Shown here: one piece after another, positions 26,049-35,060 of the stretch | Layout of the letters: each line of letters begins with the position of its first letter | Numbering within the stretch: the stretch's first letter is position 1 | DNA from: a virus | Taxonomy: Duplodnaviria; Caudoviricetes | Length of the DNA: 54,164 nucleotides | Reading direction: 5' to 3' (one strand) | IMG/VR virus record: IMGVR_UViG_3300022208_000005 | Span: 1 to 54,164 of that record | Program-made: the position numbers and the translations under genes | The notes under the pieces: generated by a model | Told to the model about the DNA's origin: nothing | What the model saw: the letters and a program-made list of their open reading frames with translations, nothing else | Databases searched by the model: none

Positions 26049-26821
26049 TTGAGACTAAAGCTAGCAAACGGGAGAAAGCAGAAGTAGCCTTTAATAGGTT
26101 ACTTAATATTCTAGAGAGAAATGCTTATAAGAGGCTTAACCCATACTTTAATAAACAGGCTAGAAGGTTGATTAAGAATCTACTTAGTGTAGACTTAACA
26201 CTTGATGCTAGTGATATCCTGAATAAATTAACAGATTGGGATAAGGATAAGTTGGAGTTAGCTGGCATTGTGGCAATAAATCTAGAAGCTGCCTATGGCT
26301 CGGGTGTTAAGTTTGTACAAGGAACTAATACCAATGCCCTACTTGTGAACATCAAGACTATAAACCATAACTCTAGAAACTATATAGAGACACAGACTGC
26401 CTCGGAGATTAGGGACATAACAGAAACTACACAGAAGCAGATAAGGAATGACATTGTGAGTGGTTTACAAGCGGGTGAGACTAGGAGACAGATGGCAGAA
26501 AGAATAAAAACCACAATGGGTATCACAAGTACTTCAAGGGCAGAGATGATTGCTGAGACAGAATCACATAATGCCTTAAGTGCTGGTAGTTTTGAGACAG
26601 CAGTAAGTGCTGAACTTGGTTCTAAGACTTGGAATACCGTTGGAGATGAAGCAGTTAGGGGTAACAAACCTAAAGACAGAGCTAACCATGTAATGTTAAA
26701 TGGTAATACTGTTCCAATTAATGATTTCTTCGACAATGGATTATTATTCCCAGGTGATAGTGCTAATGGTAGTGCTGCTGATGTAATTAGATGTAGGTGT
26801 TTCTTAACCTATGATAATTAG
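26033..26821 (+). CDS. Minor head protein (MuF / SPP1 gp7-like); frame open from 26033
   Basis: RAEMIAETE, KTW.T.GD..VR...H...NG...P...F...LLFPGD...IRCRC. Confidence 0.8.
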   Translation, partial: KKTFLVETKASKREKAEVAFNRLLNILERNAYKRLNPYFNKQARRLIKNLLSVDLTLDASDILNKLTDWDKDKLELAGIVAINLEAAYGSGVKFVQGTNTNALLVNIKTINHNSRNYIETQTASEIRDITETTQKQIRNDIVSGLQAGETRRQMAERIKTTMGITSTSRAEMIAETESHNALSAGSFETAVSAELGSKTWNTVGDEAVRGNKPKDRANHVMLNGNTVPINDFFDNGLLFPGDSANGSAADVIRCRCFLTYDN

Positions 26822-26832
26822 GAGGTGATATA

Positions 26833-28179
26833 GTGTCTAAGGAGCAACAGAACAAGATGGGGGCTGATTCGGGTAAAACCTTTGATAGTCAGGGTAACCT
26901 AATCTATACCGGGGATGGCTATGACAATATTGGCGGAGAATATATAAAGTCTGAGGGACTTAAAGACCTAGCTAATCAGAATGCCAGTATAAGTGTATTT
27001 GGTGATATAGTAACTGCTAAGAGGGTAGCTACAATTGCCTCACAGTTTGTATATGGTATAAATGAACCAGAATCTAAGTCTACAGTAGTAGGTAGTGGTA
27101 CAGCAGCTATAGAGAATGGTAACATGCTTGTGGTAAGGACTGGTACAACTCCAGGAAGTGTAATGAGTATAGAGACTATTGACCCCCTACAATATATACC
27201 GGGATATGAGGCTCAGATCTGGTTTACTCCTGTATATACAAAACCCAACAGTCTTACTGGTTACTGTAGAGCCGGTCTATTCGATGATGATGATGGCTTC
27301 TACATTGGGTTTGCTCCTGATATGGTGGTATGTAGAAGAAGAGCTGGAGTAGAATACCCAGTACCTCGTGCTGAGTGGAATGTGGATAAGTTAGATGGTG
27401 AAGGACCCAGTGGAGTACTATTTGATGATTCTAACCCAATGGGTAATATATTTAGAATTAGATATGGCTTCTTAGGGTTTGCGGGTATAATATTTGAGAT
27501 ACTAAATGAGAACTCTACTATATTCCCATTCCACATAATTAAGTACCCTAATACTTCTAAGTTAACTCATATAGCTAATACTTACCTGCCAGGTAGGATT
27601 GAAGTTGCTAATGGTGATGTAGCTGAGGATATATCTCTAGGCCTGGGGTCGTTTAATATGACTGTGGTGAATGGTGATAATGAGAAAGCTACTAATAGAA
27701 ATTTTAGTTTAGGAGTAACAGGTGAAACTCTTACGGGAGCATATAGTAGAAGACCACTAATTGCCTTTAGAAACAAGACCACATTCCAGGGGCCTTTAAT
27801 GCCATCGGCAAAGATTAATAGGATTGGAGCTATACTACAATACCTAAACCTACAGTTAAGTGGCCAGAATAAGGGGGTATTGGTTGAATTAATATCCATA
27901 GACTCAACTAGTGAAGTTGGGGGTGCACCCTTTATTGACAAGGCAACTACTTCTGTATTACAATACTCTACAAGTAATTTATTGGATTATGGCACCTATG
28001 TGGGAGGAGAGGTATTATTCACCTTTGGCTTAAGACCATCGTTAGATAAGTTTGATGAGTTTCTAGAATCACTTAATATGAACCTAAGGCCAAGTAAAGA
28101 TGTTGTATTTGCTCTAACCTCAACCACAACACTAGCAATAGAGTATATATTTACCAATGCCTGGAGAGAGAAGTATTAA
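26833..28179 (+). CDS. Beta-rich protein of unknown function in the head module
   Basis: 448 aa; GLFDDDDGFY, WNVDKLDGEGPSG; strong ribosome site. Confidence 0.65.
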   Translation: MSKEQQNKMGADSGKTFDSQGNLIYTGDGYDNIGGEYIKSEGLKDLANQNASISVFGDIVTAKRVATIASQFVYGINEPESKSTVVGSGTAAIENGNMLVVRTGTTPGSVMSIETIDPLQYIPGYEAQIWFTPVYTKPNSLTGYCRAGLFDDDDGFYIGFAPDMVVCRRRAGVEYPVPRAEWNVDKLDGEGPSGVLFDDSNPMGNIFRIRYGFLGFAGIIFEILNENSTIFPFHIIKYPNTSKLTHIANTYLPGRIEVANGDVAEDISLGLGSFNMTVVNGDNEKATNRNFSLGVTGETLTGAYSRRPLIAFRNKTTFQGPLMPSAKINRIGAILQYLNLQLSGQNKGVLVELISIDSTSEVGGAPFIDKATTSVLQYSTSNLLDYGTYVGGEVLFTFGLRPSLDKFDEFLESLNMNLRPSKDVVFALTSTTTLAIEYIFTNAWREKY

Positions 28180-28195
28180 AAAGGAGGTGAGATGA

Positions 28196-29203
28196 TTGCA
28201 AATAAAACACATGACCGTTCCATTTGATCTTAAGGAGTTTGATGAAGAGAAAGGTATATTCAGAGGCTATGGTTCAGTATTTAATAATGTAGATGCTGGT
28301 AAAGATAGAATGTTACCAGGAGCATTTACCAAGACACTGATTACTAACTTTAACCGAATTAAGATTCTTGTAATGCACAAGTCTGAGTGGTTGCCAATTG
28401 GCATACCTGTGACAGTAAGAGAAGATGCTAAGGGCTTATTTGTAGAGGGTAAGATATCAGATACCTCTATGGGTAAAGATGTTAAGATCTTGATTAAGGA
28501 TGGTGTATTCACAGAGTTAAGTATTGGATATGTGGCACTAGACTTCGATTACGATGGTCAAGGAGTAAGAAACCTAAAGGAAGTACAACTCTATGAGGTA
28601 AGCCCAGTTATATGGGCTATGAATGACCAAGCTAATATAACTGATTTTAAAAATCATGATCTAGGAGGTGAAGAACCAATGAAGTTTGATATTGGAATTA
28701 AAGCTTTATCATTTGATGAGGTTATGTCGTTAGATCAGTTAGATGATATGAAATGGAAGCTTCAATCGGCACTAAGAGAGGCTACCTACAGCATACTTTC
28801 TGATGACAATATGAATGGCATACAGAAGGTTGCTGCTATCGACACAACGCTTAACCAGTTCCACTTAGCAATGATGGAGGTATATAAGAGAATCATTGAT
28901 ATTATGGACAACCAACAGAAGTCCTACTTGAATGATGATCTACTCTTGAAGGCTAAGACCTTAATATGTGGACTTAAGGCTAGTGAGTTATCAGCTGAAA
29001 CCCAAGCTATCCTAGATGATATGGCAGAACCTTTAACAGGTCTTGTATCTGAGCCGGAACAAGGTGAGGAAGAAGAATCTGATGAGGATAAAGAAAAATT
29101 AACAGAAGAGCAAGAAGCGGAATTAATCAATGAATTGAAGTCCCTATCAATAGGGATAAAGAACCCATCAGGGTCAGAAGGAGGAAACAAAGATGAGTGT
29201 TAA
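28196..29203 (+). CDS. HK97-family prohead protease with C-terminal scaffold-like extension
   Basis: FRGYGSVFNNVD, H...PIG, GL.VEG, LSIGY, LYEVS.V..AMN. Confidence 0.9.
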   Translation: MQIKHMTVPFDLKEFDEEKGIFRGYGSVFNNVDAGKDRMLPGAFTKTLITNFNRIKILVMHKSEWLPIGIPVTVREDAKGLFVEGKISDTSMGKDVKILIKDGVFTELSIGYVALDFDYDGQGVRNLKEVQLYEVSPVIWAMNDQANITDFKNHDLGGEEPMKFDIGIKALSFDEVMSLDQLDDMKWKLQSALREATYSILSDDNMNGIQKVAAIDTTLNQFHLAMMEVYKRIIDIMDNQQKSYLNDDLLLKAKTLICGLKASELSAETQAILDDMAEPLTGLVSEPEQGEEEESDEDKEKLTEEQEAELINELKSLSIGIKNPSGSEGGNKDEC

Positions 29204-30329
29204 GTTATTCGAGGAAATGCAGAAACTTACAAATGAATTGAAAGGCCTGGTGGATGGTCAGGATGGTCAATTCAAAGATTTTTCTGGTGAGACTAAAGGT
29301 AGTATTGATGCTATCAACACTAGAATCTCTGAGATTGAGGTAGCAATGAACCGAAAGTCTGTTGGTGTGGAGACTGGTGCTGCTCAGATGACAGAAGAAG
29401 AGATTCAAGAGAAGAAGAATTTCCAGACATTCCTAACTACGGGTGAAGTCAAAGCTATGGCTACTGACAGTGACCCAGACGGTGGTTACCTGGTACCTAA
29501 GGCATTTAACAACCGAGTTATCGCTAGACTAAGAGACATGTCACCCATTAGACAAATTGCTGGAAGCCAGGTTATTACACTTGGTAGTAGTTTCCCATTC
29601 CCTATCGAGACTGTGGATGACATGGGTTCCGGTTGGGTAGGAGAACGTGAGTCACGTCCTAACACAGCTACAGGTAAGATTGATATCATTGATATTCCAC
29701 TACACGAGATGTATGGTCAACCACCAGTTACTCGTCGTATGATTGAAGATAGTGGTATTGATATTGAGTCTTGGTTGGTTAACAAGTTGGGTGATCGCTT
29801 TAGTAGACTTGAAGGTGCTGCATTCGTAAATGGTGATGGCCATAAGAAGCCTATTGGTTTACTTGTGTCTGAAAGAGTGGCTGAGTATGAGGGTACTCTT
29901 GGTAGTACTACTCAGTTTGATGATCTTATCATGATGATGGCAAACATTCGCCAAGGTTTACAGGCTAATGCTGGTTGGTTGATGAACAGATTCTCTCTAG
30001 CATTCCTTAGAACTTTGAAAGATCAGGAAGGTTCATACTTATGGCAACCATCAGTACAGCCAGGTGTTCCTGCTACGATCTTAGGAAAGGGCTATACCAT
30101 TGCTGATGACATGCCAAACGCTATTGATGGAACTGGTACTTTGATTACAGGTAATACTCCAATCATGTATGGTGACTTTAGAGAAGGCTACATGGTTGTA
30201 GATAAAGGTAGCATCACAATGCTAAGAGATGAGTTCACTCAGAAGCCTTTCATCCTGTTCTACAGTACTAAACGCACAGGCGGAGATGTTGTAAACGATC
30301 AAGCTCTTACAAAGCTTAAGTTAGTATAG
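29193..30329 (+). CDS. Major capsid protein, HK97 family
   Basis: DGGYLVP, WVGE, AFVNGDG..KP.G, YLWQP, ILG, GDF..GY. Confidence 0.95.
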   Translation: MSVKLFEEMQKLTNELKGLVDGQDGQFKDFSGETKGSIDAINTRISEIEVAMNRKSVGVETGAAQMTEEEIQEKKNFQTFLTTGEVKAMATDSDPDGGYLVPKAFNNRVIARLRDMSPIRQIAGSQVITLGSSFPFPIETVDDMGSGWVGERESRPNTATGKIDIIDIPLHEMYGQPPVTRRMIEDSGIDIESWLVNKLGDRFSRLEGAAFVNGDGHKKPIGLLVSERVAEYEGTLGSTTQFDDLIMMMANIRQGLQANAGWLMNRFSLAFLRTLKDQEGSYLWQPSVQPGVPATILGKGYTIADDMPNAIDGTGTLITGNTPIMYGDFREGYMVVDKGSITMLRDEFTQKPFILFYSTKRTGGDVVNDQALTKLKLV

Positions 30330-30340
30330 GGGGTATAGAT

Positions 30341-30784
30341 ATGAGTGTAAAAGATCTTCACAATAACATAGAGCAAAAAGTCCTATTAGCACAGACTGAG
30401 ATCACCAGCAATACTGACACATTATCAGCCATCATTGATACTACTGCTTACATGGGACATGAGTTCATTGTAATTGCCAGTGAGATCTCAGATGGTGTCT
30501 ATGATATTGCTATCAATGAAGGCGATGTTGTAGATGATGTAGCTGCTCCTACAACTATTACTGATGCAGCCGAAGCTGCCTCAGATGACTTACTAGTAAC
30601 GGCTGCAAACCTACAATTGGTAGTGGCTGATAGTGGTAAGTCAGTAAGAGTTGGTTACATCGGTACAAAGAGATGGCTACAGGTTAAGCTTACATCTACA
30701 GCTGTTACTGGTGGAGCCTTCTTCAATGTATTATCAGTTCAGGGTATTGCTAAATTTGCTAGAACTCCGGATGCAAAGGCATAG
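30341..30784 (+). CDS. Putative head decoration protein
   Basis: Follows the capsid gene ahead of a shared terminator; beta-rich; VGYIGTKRWL. Confidence 0.55.
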   Translation: MSVKDLHNNIEQKVLLAQTEITSNTDTLSAIIDTTAYMGHEFIVIASEISDGVYDIAINEGDVVDDVAAPTTITDAAEAASDDLLVTAANLQLVVADSGKSVRVGYIGTKRWLQVKLTSTAVTGGAFFNVLSVQGIAKFARTPDAKA

Positions 30785-30802
30785 TCTTCTGACTATGCTT
30801 TT
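30779..30802 (+). terminator. Intrinsic terminator after the capsid operon
   Basis: gcatagtc-ttct-gactatgc followed by tttt. Confidence 0.7.
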
Positions 30803-30826
30803 CTTCTAAGATGATAGGAGGATATA

Positions 30827-31120
30827 ATGAAAGACTATAAAGTAATTAGATCAGGCCCTATCTCTCTTGATGGTAGAACTCCACAATATGTTACTGTTGG
30901 CCAAGATATAAGTCTTGATGCTAAGAATGGCATGTTCTTTACTAGAGCTGGTGTGGTTAAACTTGCTACAGAAGAGAATAAGAAGCCTGTTTTTGTAGAA
31001 CAAAAGTCAGAAAAGGTTGAGATTGAGAATAAAGCTCAGAAGGTAGACCAAGAAGACAAAGATGTTAGTATACAAACTAACAATCACAGGAAACCAAACC
31101 GAAATAAGAGACCAAAATAA
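30827..31120 (+). CDS. Hypothetical head-region protein
   Basis: ORF with AGGAGG. Confidence 0.55.
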   Translation: MKDYKVIRSGPISLDGRTPQYVTVGQDISLDAKNGMFFTRAGVVKLATEENKKPVFVEQKSEKVEIENKAQKVDQEDKDVSIQTNNHRKPNRNKRPK

Positions 31121-31140
31121 GGAAGGTAAGGTGATTACTA

Positions 31141-31773
31141 ATGCCTTGTGATTTACAAGACAATGCTTTGACAACACCCAATAGGGTAAAATTAGAGCTT
31201 GGGATTGATGAGTCTGATACTTCCAAGGATACTATGATATGTGAACTTATAAATGCCTACTCTGATAGCATTGAGACTCTAACTGGTAGATCTTTTAAGT
31301 TACAGAATTATAGTGAGAAATATCCAGGCACTGGTAATCAGCTACTATTCCCAAAGAATTACCCCATTACTGATATAAGTTCAATAATGGTGGGTGATTA
31401 TGTTTTAGAATCCACAGAGTATGAAGTTAAGGGTAGATTATTGGATAGAGTATTTAAAAACAATGGTTGGCCCAAGAGTAACTATACTACTGGTATGTCT
31501 AGGTATCCTGTATTCACTGATAACAATATATCTATTGATTACAGTGCTGGTTATGTATTACCCAATGATGCTAACCCCCCAGATAGGCCTAGAACACTAC
31601 CCTATGACTTAGAGAAGGTGATCTTAAATCTCATTAGTATGGACCAGGCTCAAGAAGGTACTTCTAAAGGATTAAAGAGCTTTTCCATATCTGATGTAAA
31701 ATGGGACTTCCTAAATGAGGTAAGACCTCAGGATGCCATGACTCTTAAAAAATATGGGAGCTCATGGATATAA
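31141..31773 (+). CDS. Head-tail adaptor (gp6/gp15-like)
   Basis: VKLELGI...D..I..LIN..S..IE..TGR; Y.AGY...LP.DL. Confidence 0.75.
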   Translation: MPCDLQDNALTTPNRVKLELGIDESDTSKDTMICELINAYSDSIETLTGRSFKLQNYSEKYPGTGNQLLFPKNYPITDISSIMVGDYVLESTEYEVKGRLLDRVFKNNGWPKSNYTTGMSRYPVFTDNNISIDYSAGYVLPNDANPPDRPRTLPYDLEKVILNLISMDQAQEGTSKGLKSFSISDVKWDFLNEVRPQDAMTLKKYGSSWI

Positions 31774-32300
31774 TGGCTAGGAATACCATTACCATAAGGG
31801 ATAATAACCAACACACTGAGTGGTTAAAAAAGCAGCTTAAGATACTAAGTAAGAGTGTAATCAATATTGGGATACTTGGTAGTGAAGATGCTAAGATAAT
31901 TATGATAGCTTCTGTGAATGAGTTTGGTGCTGAGATAAATGTAACTGATAAGATGCGTGGTTTTCTTGCATCACAGGGTCTTTATCTTAAGAGGAGTACA
32001 ACCGAGATAAAGATACCAGAAAGGTCATTCATTAGAAGAACAGCTGATGAGAAGCAAAGGATGATAGTTACTTTCATACAGAAACAATATGACAAGTTGT
32101 TCAGAGGGGAAATCAATGCTAACCAACTTCTAGATGCTATAGGAGTATATTGTGAAGGTATAACTAAGAAGACCCTAGTAGATCTAACTGAACCTGCTAA
32201 CCATCCTTTTACTCTTGCCAGGAAAAGTCCTAAAACCAATCCACTTGTTAATACTGGAACATTAGTTGGAAGAATAAGTTTTGAGGTGAAGAAGAGATGA
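31764..32300 (+). CDS. Neck / head-tail protein
   Basis: IA.VNEFG, IPERSFIR, PLVNTG. Confidence 0.7.
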   Translation: MDIMARNTITIRDNNQHTEWLKKQLKILSKSVINIGILGSEDAKIIMIASVNEFGAEINVTDKMRGFLASQGLYLKRSTTEIKIPERSFIRRTADEKQRMIVTFIQKQYDKLFRGEINANQLLDAIGVYCEGITKKTLVDLTEPANHPFTLARKSPKTNPLVNTGTLVGRISFEVKKR

Positions 32301-32668
32301 ACTTTCCAATACCAAAATTACCAAATGGTATACCCCAAGTATCTCTACAACTTTTAGTAGATGATGGTGGTTATGATGAGGAGACTGGTGGTTGGGTTGA
32401 TAGTCTCCAAGAACCAATAGACTTTAAAGGAGCTGTATTGCCCATACAAGATAAGTTAGCCTATTCTGGTGGTACTTACTCAAGAGAAGATAGAAAAGTC
32501 TATACAGATGATTCTAGGCTTGATGGAGTAGTAATTACTGAGAACATGCTAGTGCTTAACACTGTAGATGGTAGTATATATACCATTGATGCTAAAAACC
32601 CATATGGAGACATAAGCTCTAGATTCAAAAGACTGTTCTTAAAAAGGAGGGAGGATACTAATAGATGA
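32297..32668 (+). CDS. Head-closure-type protein
   Basis: GGYDEETGGWV motif; position in the neck cluster. Confidence 0.55.
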   Translation: MNFPIPKLPNGIPQVSLQLLVDDGGYDEETGGWVDSLQEPIDFKGAVLPIQDKLAYSGGTYSREDRKVYTDDSRLDGVVITENMLVLNTVDGSIYTIDAKNPYGDISSRFKRLFLKRREDTNR

Positions 32669-33150
32669 TTAATTTCCAAGCTATAAGAAATGAGATCATA
32701 GGCTCACTTAGTTCCTTCCTTGAAATACCAGTAATAGATGGCAACACAGTGAATAAGAAACCCAACTACCCATATGGCTCATATGTAGTAACTACATTGA
32801 GTAGTAAAGAATTTGAGAACCCAAGGGAAATTGATTTTACTAACACTGTGAATACCAGAAAAGAAGATTTGACAATGACCATCTCTTTCAATTTCTATGG
32901 CCTATCTTTAGATGATGCTAACCTTAAAGCTTTTAAGGCTCTGGAGTACTTTGAATTTTATGAGACTCTTAGTGAGAGTGATAGTAAGATAGTAGTAGTT
33001 AATACTACTGATGTACAGAACAGGGATGTCCTATTAGTAGATCAAAGAGAGAGAAGAGCTGGATTTGATGTTATTTTTAGAGTAGAGAGTGTACTCACTA
33101 AGGCTATTACTAACATCGATGATTTTGAGTATACACTAACTACTAAATAA
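32665..33150 (+). CDS. Tail terminator / neck protein
   Basis: KPNYPY, ISFNFY, RAGFDVIFR; lies before the sheath gene. Confidence 0.6.
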   Translation: MINFQAIRNEIIGSLSSFLEIPVIDGNTVNKKPNYPYGSYVVTTLSSKEFENPREIDFTNTVNTRKEDLTMTISFNFYGLSLDDANLKAFKALEYFEFYETLSESDSKIVVVNTTDVQNRDVLLVDQRERRAGFDVIFRVESVLTKAITNIDDFEYTLTTK

Positions 33151-33166
33151 AGGAGGTATTACTTCT

Positions 33167-34177
33167 ATGGTAAGAGATGTTAATGTTACCGTTAACCGTT
33201 TTACCCAAGCAATAACTCAAGCTGGCTTTGGTTTACCATTAATCCTATCAACAACTGGTGGGGTTAAGGCCTATGCTGAGTACACAGACATAGCAGATGT
33301 AGCACTTGACTATATCTCTACTACTAATGCCTACAAGATGGCAGCTGCCTTATTTGCTCAAGGACTGGCAAAGATAGCTATAGTTGGTATAGCTTTCACT
33401 CAAGGAGTAGACCCAGCTAGTGATCTTACTGATGCTCTTAACCTGTTAAGGCAGACAAACGATGATTGGTATTTCCTACTCTGTGAAGAGCAAGGAGATG
33501 CAGAAATCACCGAGTTAGCAACTAACTTTATAAACTCTGTACAGAAGATCTACTTTGCTGATACTGAAACTATTGGTCTAGCTGCTACTCTCACAAGTGA
33601 TAGAGCTGTTATTATGTACAAAGGCGATATCAGTGACTGGCCTTCCGCAGCTTGGGTTGGTTTAGGTGCTAAATATGACCCAGGTACAATCACTTGGAAG
33701 TTCAAGACCCTAAATGGTGTGGCAAAGGTAGACTTAACTGAAACTCAGATAAGTACTCTACACACTGATGGTGGTAATACTTACATCTCAGCTTTGGGTA
33801 TTAATTACACTAGTGAGGGGCAAGTAAGCAATAATGAGTTTATTGACATTATCAGATCTGCAGACTTTTTAGATGCTCGTATTACTGAGTCTGTATTTGG
33901 TTTACTTGTTAGAACTAAGAAAGTTCCTTACACACAAGAAGGTATCAACCAGGTAGCTGCTGCCATGAACAGTGTACTACTCTCAGCTGTGAATCTTGGA
34001 ATTATTGCTACTAATCCAGCGGGTAAAGGTGAGTACACACTTACTATACCAGATATAAACAGCATATCTGATAATGATAAGGCCAATCGTATTCTTACTG
34101 GCATATCAGCAGATGTGGTATTGGCTGGAGCTATCCATAGTGTTAACCTCACAGTTAACCTAGTATTATCACTATAG
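33167..34177 (+). CDS. Tail sheath protein (DUF3383-like)
   Basis: GFGLPLI, PGTITWKFKTLNGV, FIDIIR..D, KVPYT..GI, LAGAIH.V. Confidence 0.85.
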   Translation: MVRDVNVTVNRFTQAITQAGFGLPLILSTTGGVKAYAEYTDIADVALDYISTTNAYKMAAALFAQGLAKIAIVGIAFTQGVDPASDLTDALNLLRQTNDDWYFLLCEEQGDAEITELATNFINSVQKIYFADTETIGLAATLTSDRAVIMYKGDISDWPSAAWVGLGAKYDPGTITWKFKTLNGVAKVDLTETQISTLHTDGGNTYISALGINYTSEGQVSNNEFIDIIRSADFLDARITESVFGLLVRTKKVPYTQEGINQVAAAMNSVLLSAVNLGIIATNPAGKGEYTLTIPDINSISDNDKANRILTGISADVVLAGAIHSVNLTVNLVLSL

Positions 34178-34190
34178 GAGGTGAGAATTA

Positions 34191-34604
34191 ATGCCAGCTT
34201 ATGATTTTAAAAAAGTAACTCTAGCCATTGAAAACTTGGCAATTGGTAATGTAATAATCACCGGATTTGGCGAAGGTGATGATGTAATAAATGTAGTTCG
34301 TAATGACGATGGTATTTCTATGGCAACTGGTGCTAAAGGATTTGTTACCACTAGTAAGATAGCAAACCCAACTGGTACCATTAGTGTTACACTCCAAGCT
34401 CAATCTCCTAGTAACTCAGTATTTAACTCGCTAGCAAACACTAAAGAAAGCGTATCTGTGAGTATTATAGAAAACAATTCACAGAAGCTTCAAGCTGGTG
34501 GAGCTGTTGCTTATGTAGTTAAAGAGGCTGACAATGGCCGGGGTAAGAATGCTGGGGAAAGATCTTGGGATATCATGGTAGAAGAACTAAACATATCTGA
34601 GTAG
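34191..34604 (+). CDS. Tail tube protein (DUF3277-like)
   Basis: YDFKKV...ITGF, GTISVTLQAQSPSN; follows the sheath gene. Confidence 0.8.
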   Translation: MPAYDFKKVTLAIENLAIGNVIITGFGEGDDVINVVRNDDGISMATGAKGFVTTSKIANPTGTISVTLQAQSPSNSVFNSLANTKESVSVSIIENNSQKLQAGGAVAYVVKEADNGRGKNAGERSWDIMVEELNISE

Positions 34605-34627
34605 TAAACCTGAGGAGGTAGTAGTGA

Positions 34628-34906
34628 ATGAAACAACAAAAAATTAAGATAGGTGATAAGGTCATAGTATTACAAGACCTAGATAACAGACATAAACTTG
34701 AGTTCCAATCTACCATGGTGGATGCTGGTATGAATCTAAAACTAGCAGAATCAGTAGACTATATTCTCAAGTATGTGGTAGTACAACCCCAAGGAATGAA
34801 GATGGATGACTTCTCATGGCCTGAGTTACAGGCACTTAATACACATGCTAAGGTGTTCTTAGGGTTGGGGGAGGACTCACAAGTAACTGTGGAAATACTA
34901 GATTAG
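34628..34906 (+). CDS. Tail assembly chaperone
   Basis: Lies between tube and tape-measure genes; a -1 frame extension runs to TAG 35047-35049. Confidence 0.7.
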   Translation: MKQQKIKIGDKVIVLQDLDNRHKLEFQSTMVDAGMNLKLAESVDYILKYVVVQPQGMKMDDFSWPELQALNTHAKVFLGLGEDSQVTVEILD

Positions 34907-35060
34907 AGGCACTACTACCCTTCTATAGACCAATACTAGAGGGCTATGTCACTATAGACTATAAAGACTATCTTGATATGCCCCTAGAACAGGTCTATGA
35001 ACTAAACAAGGTAGCTGAGTATTATCACAATCTCAGTAAGAAAGGTTAGGGGGTGTATAA

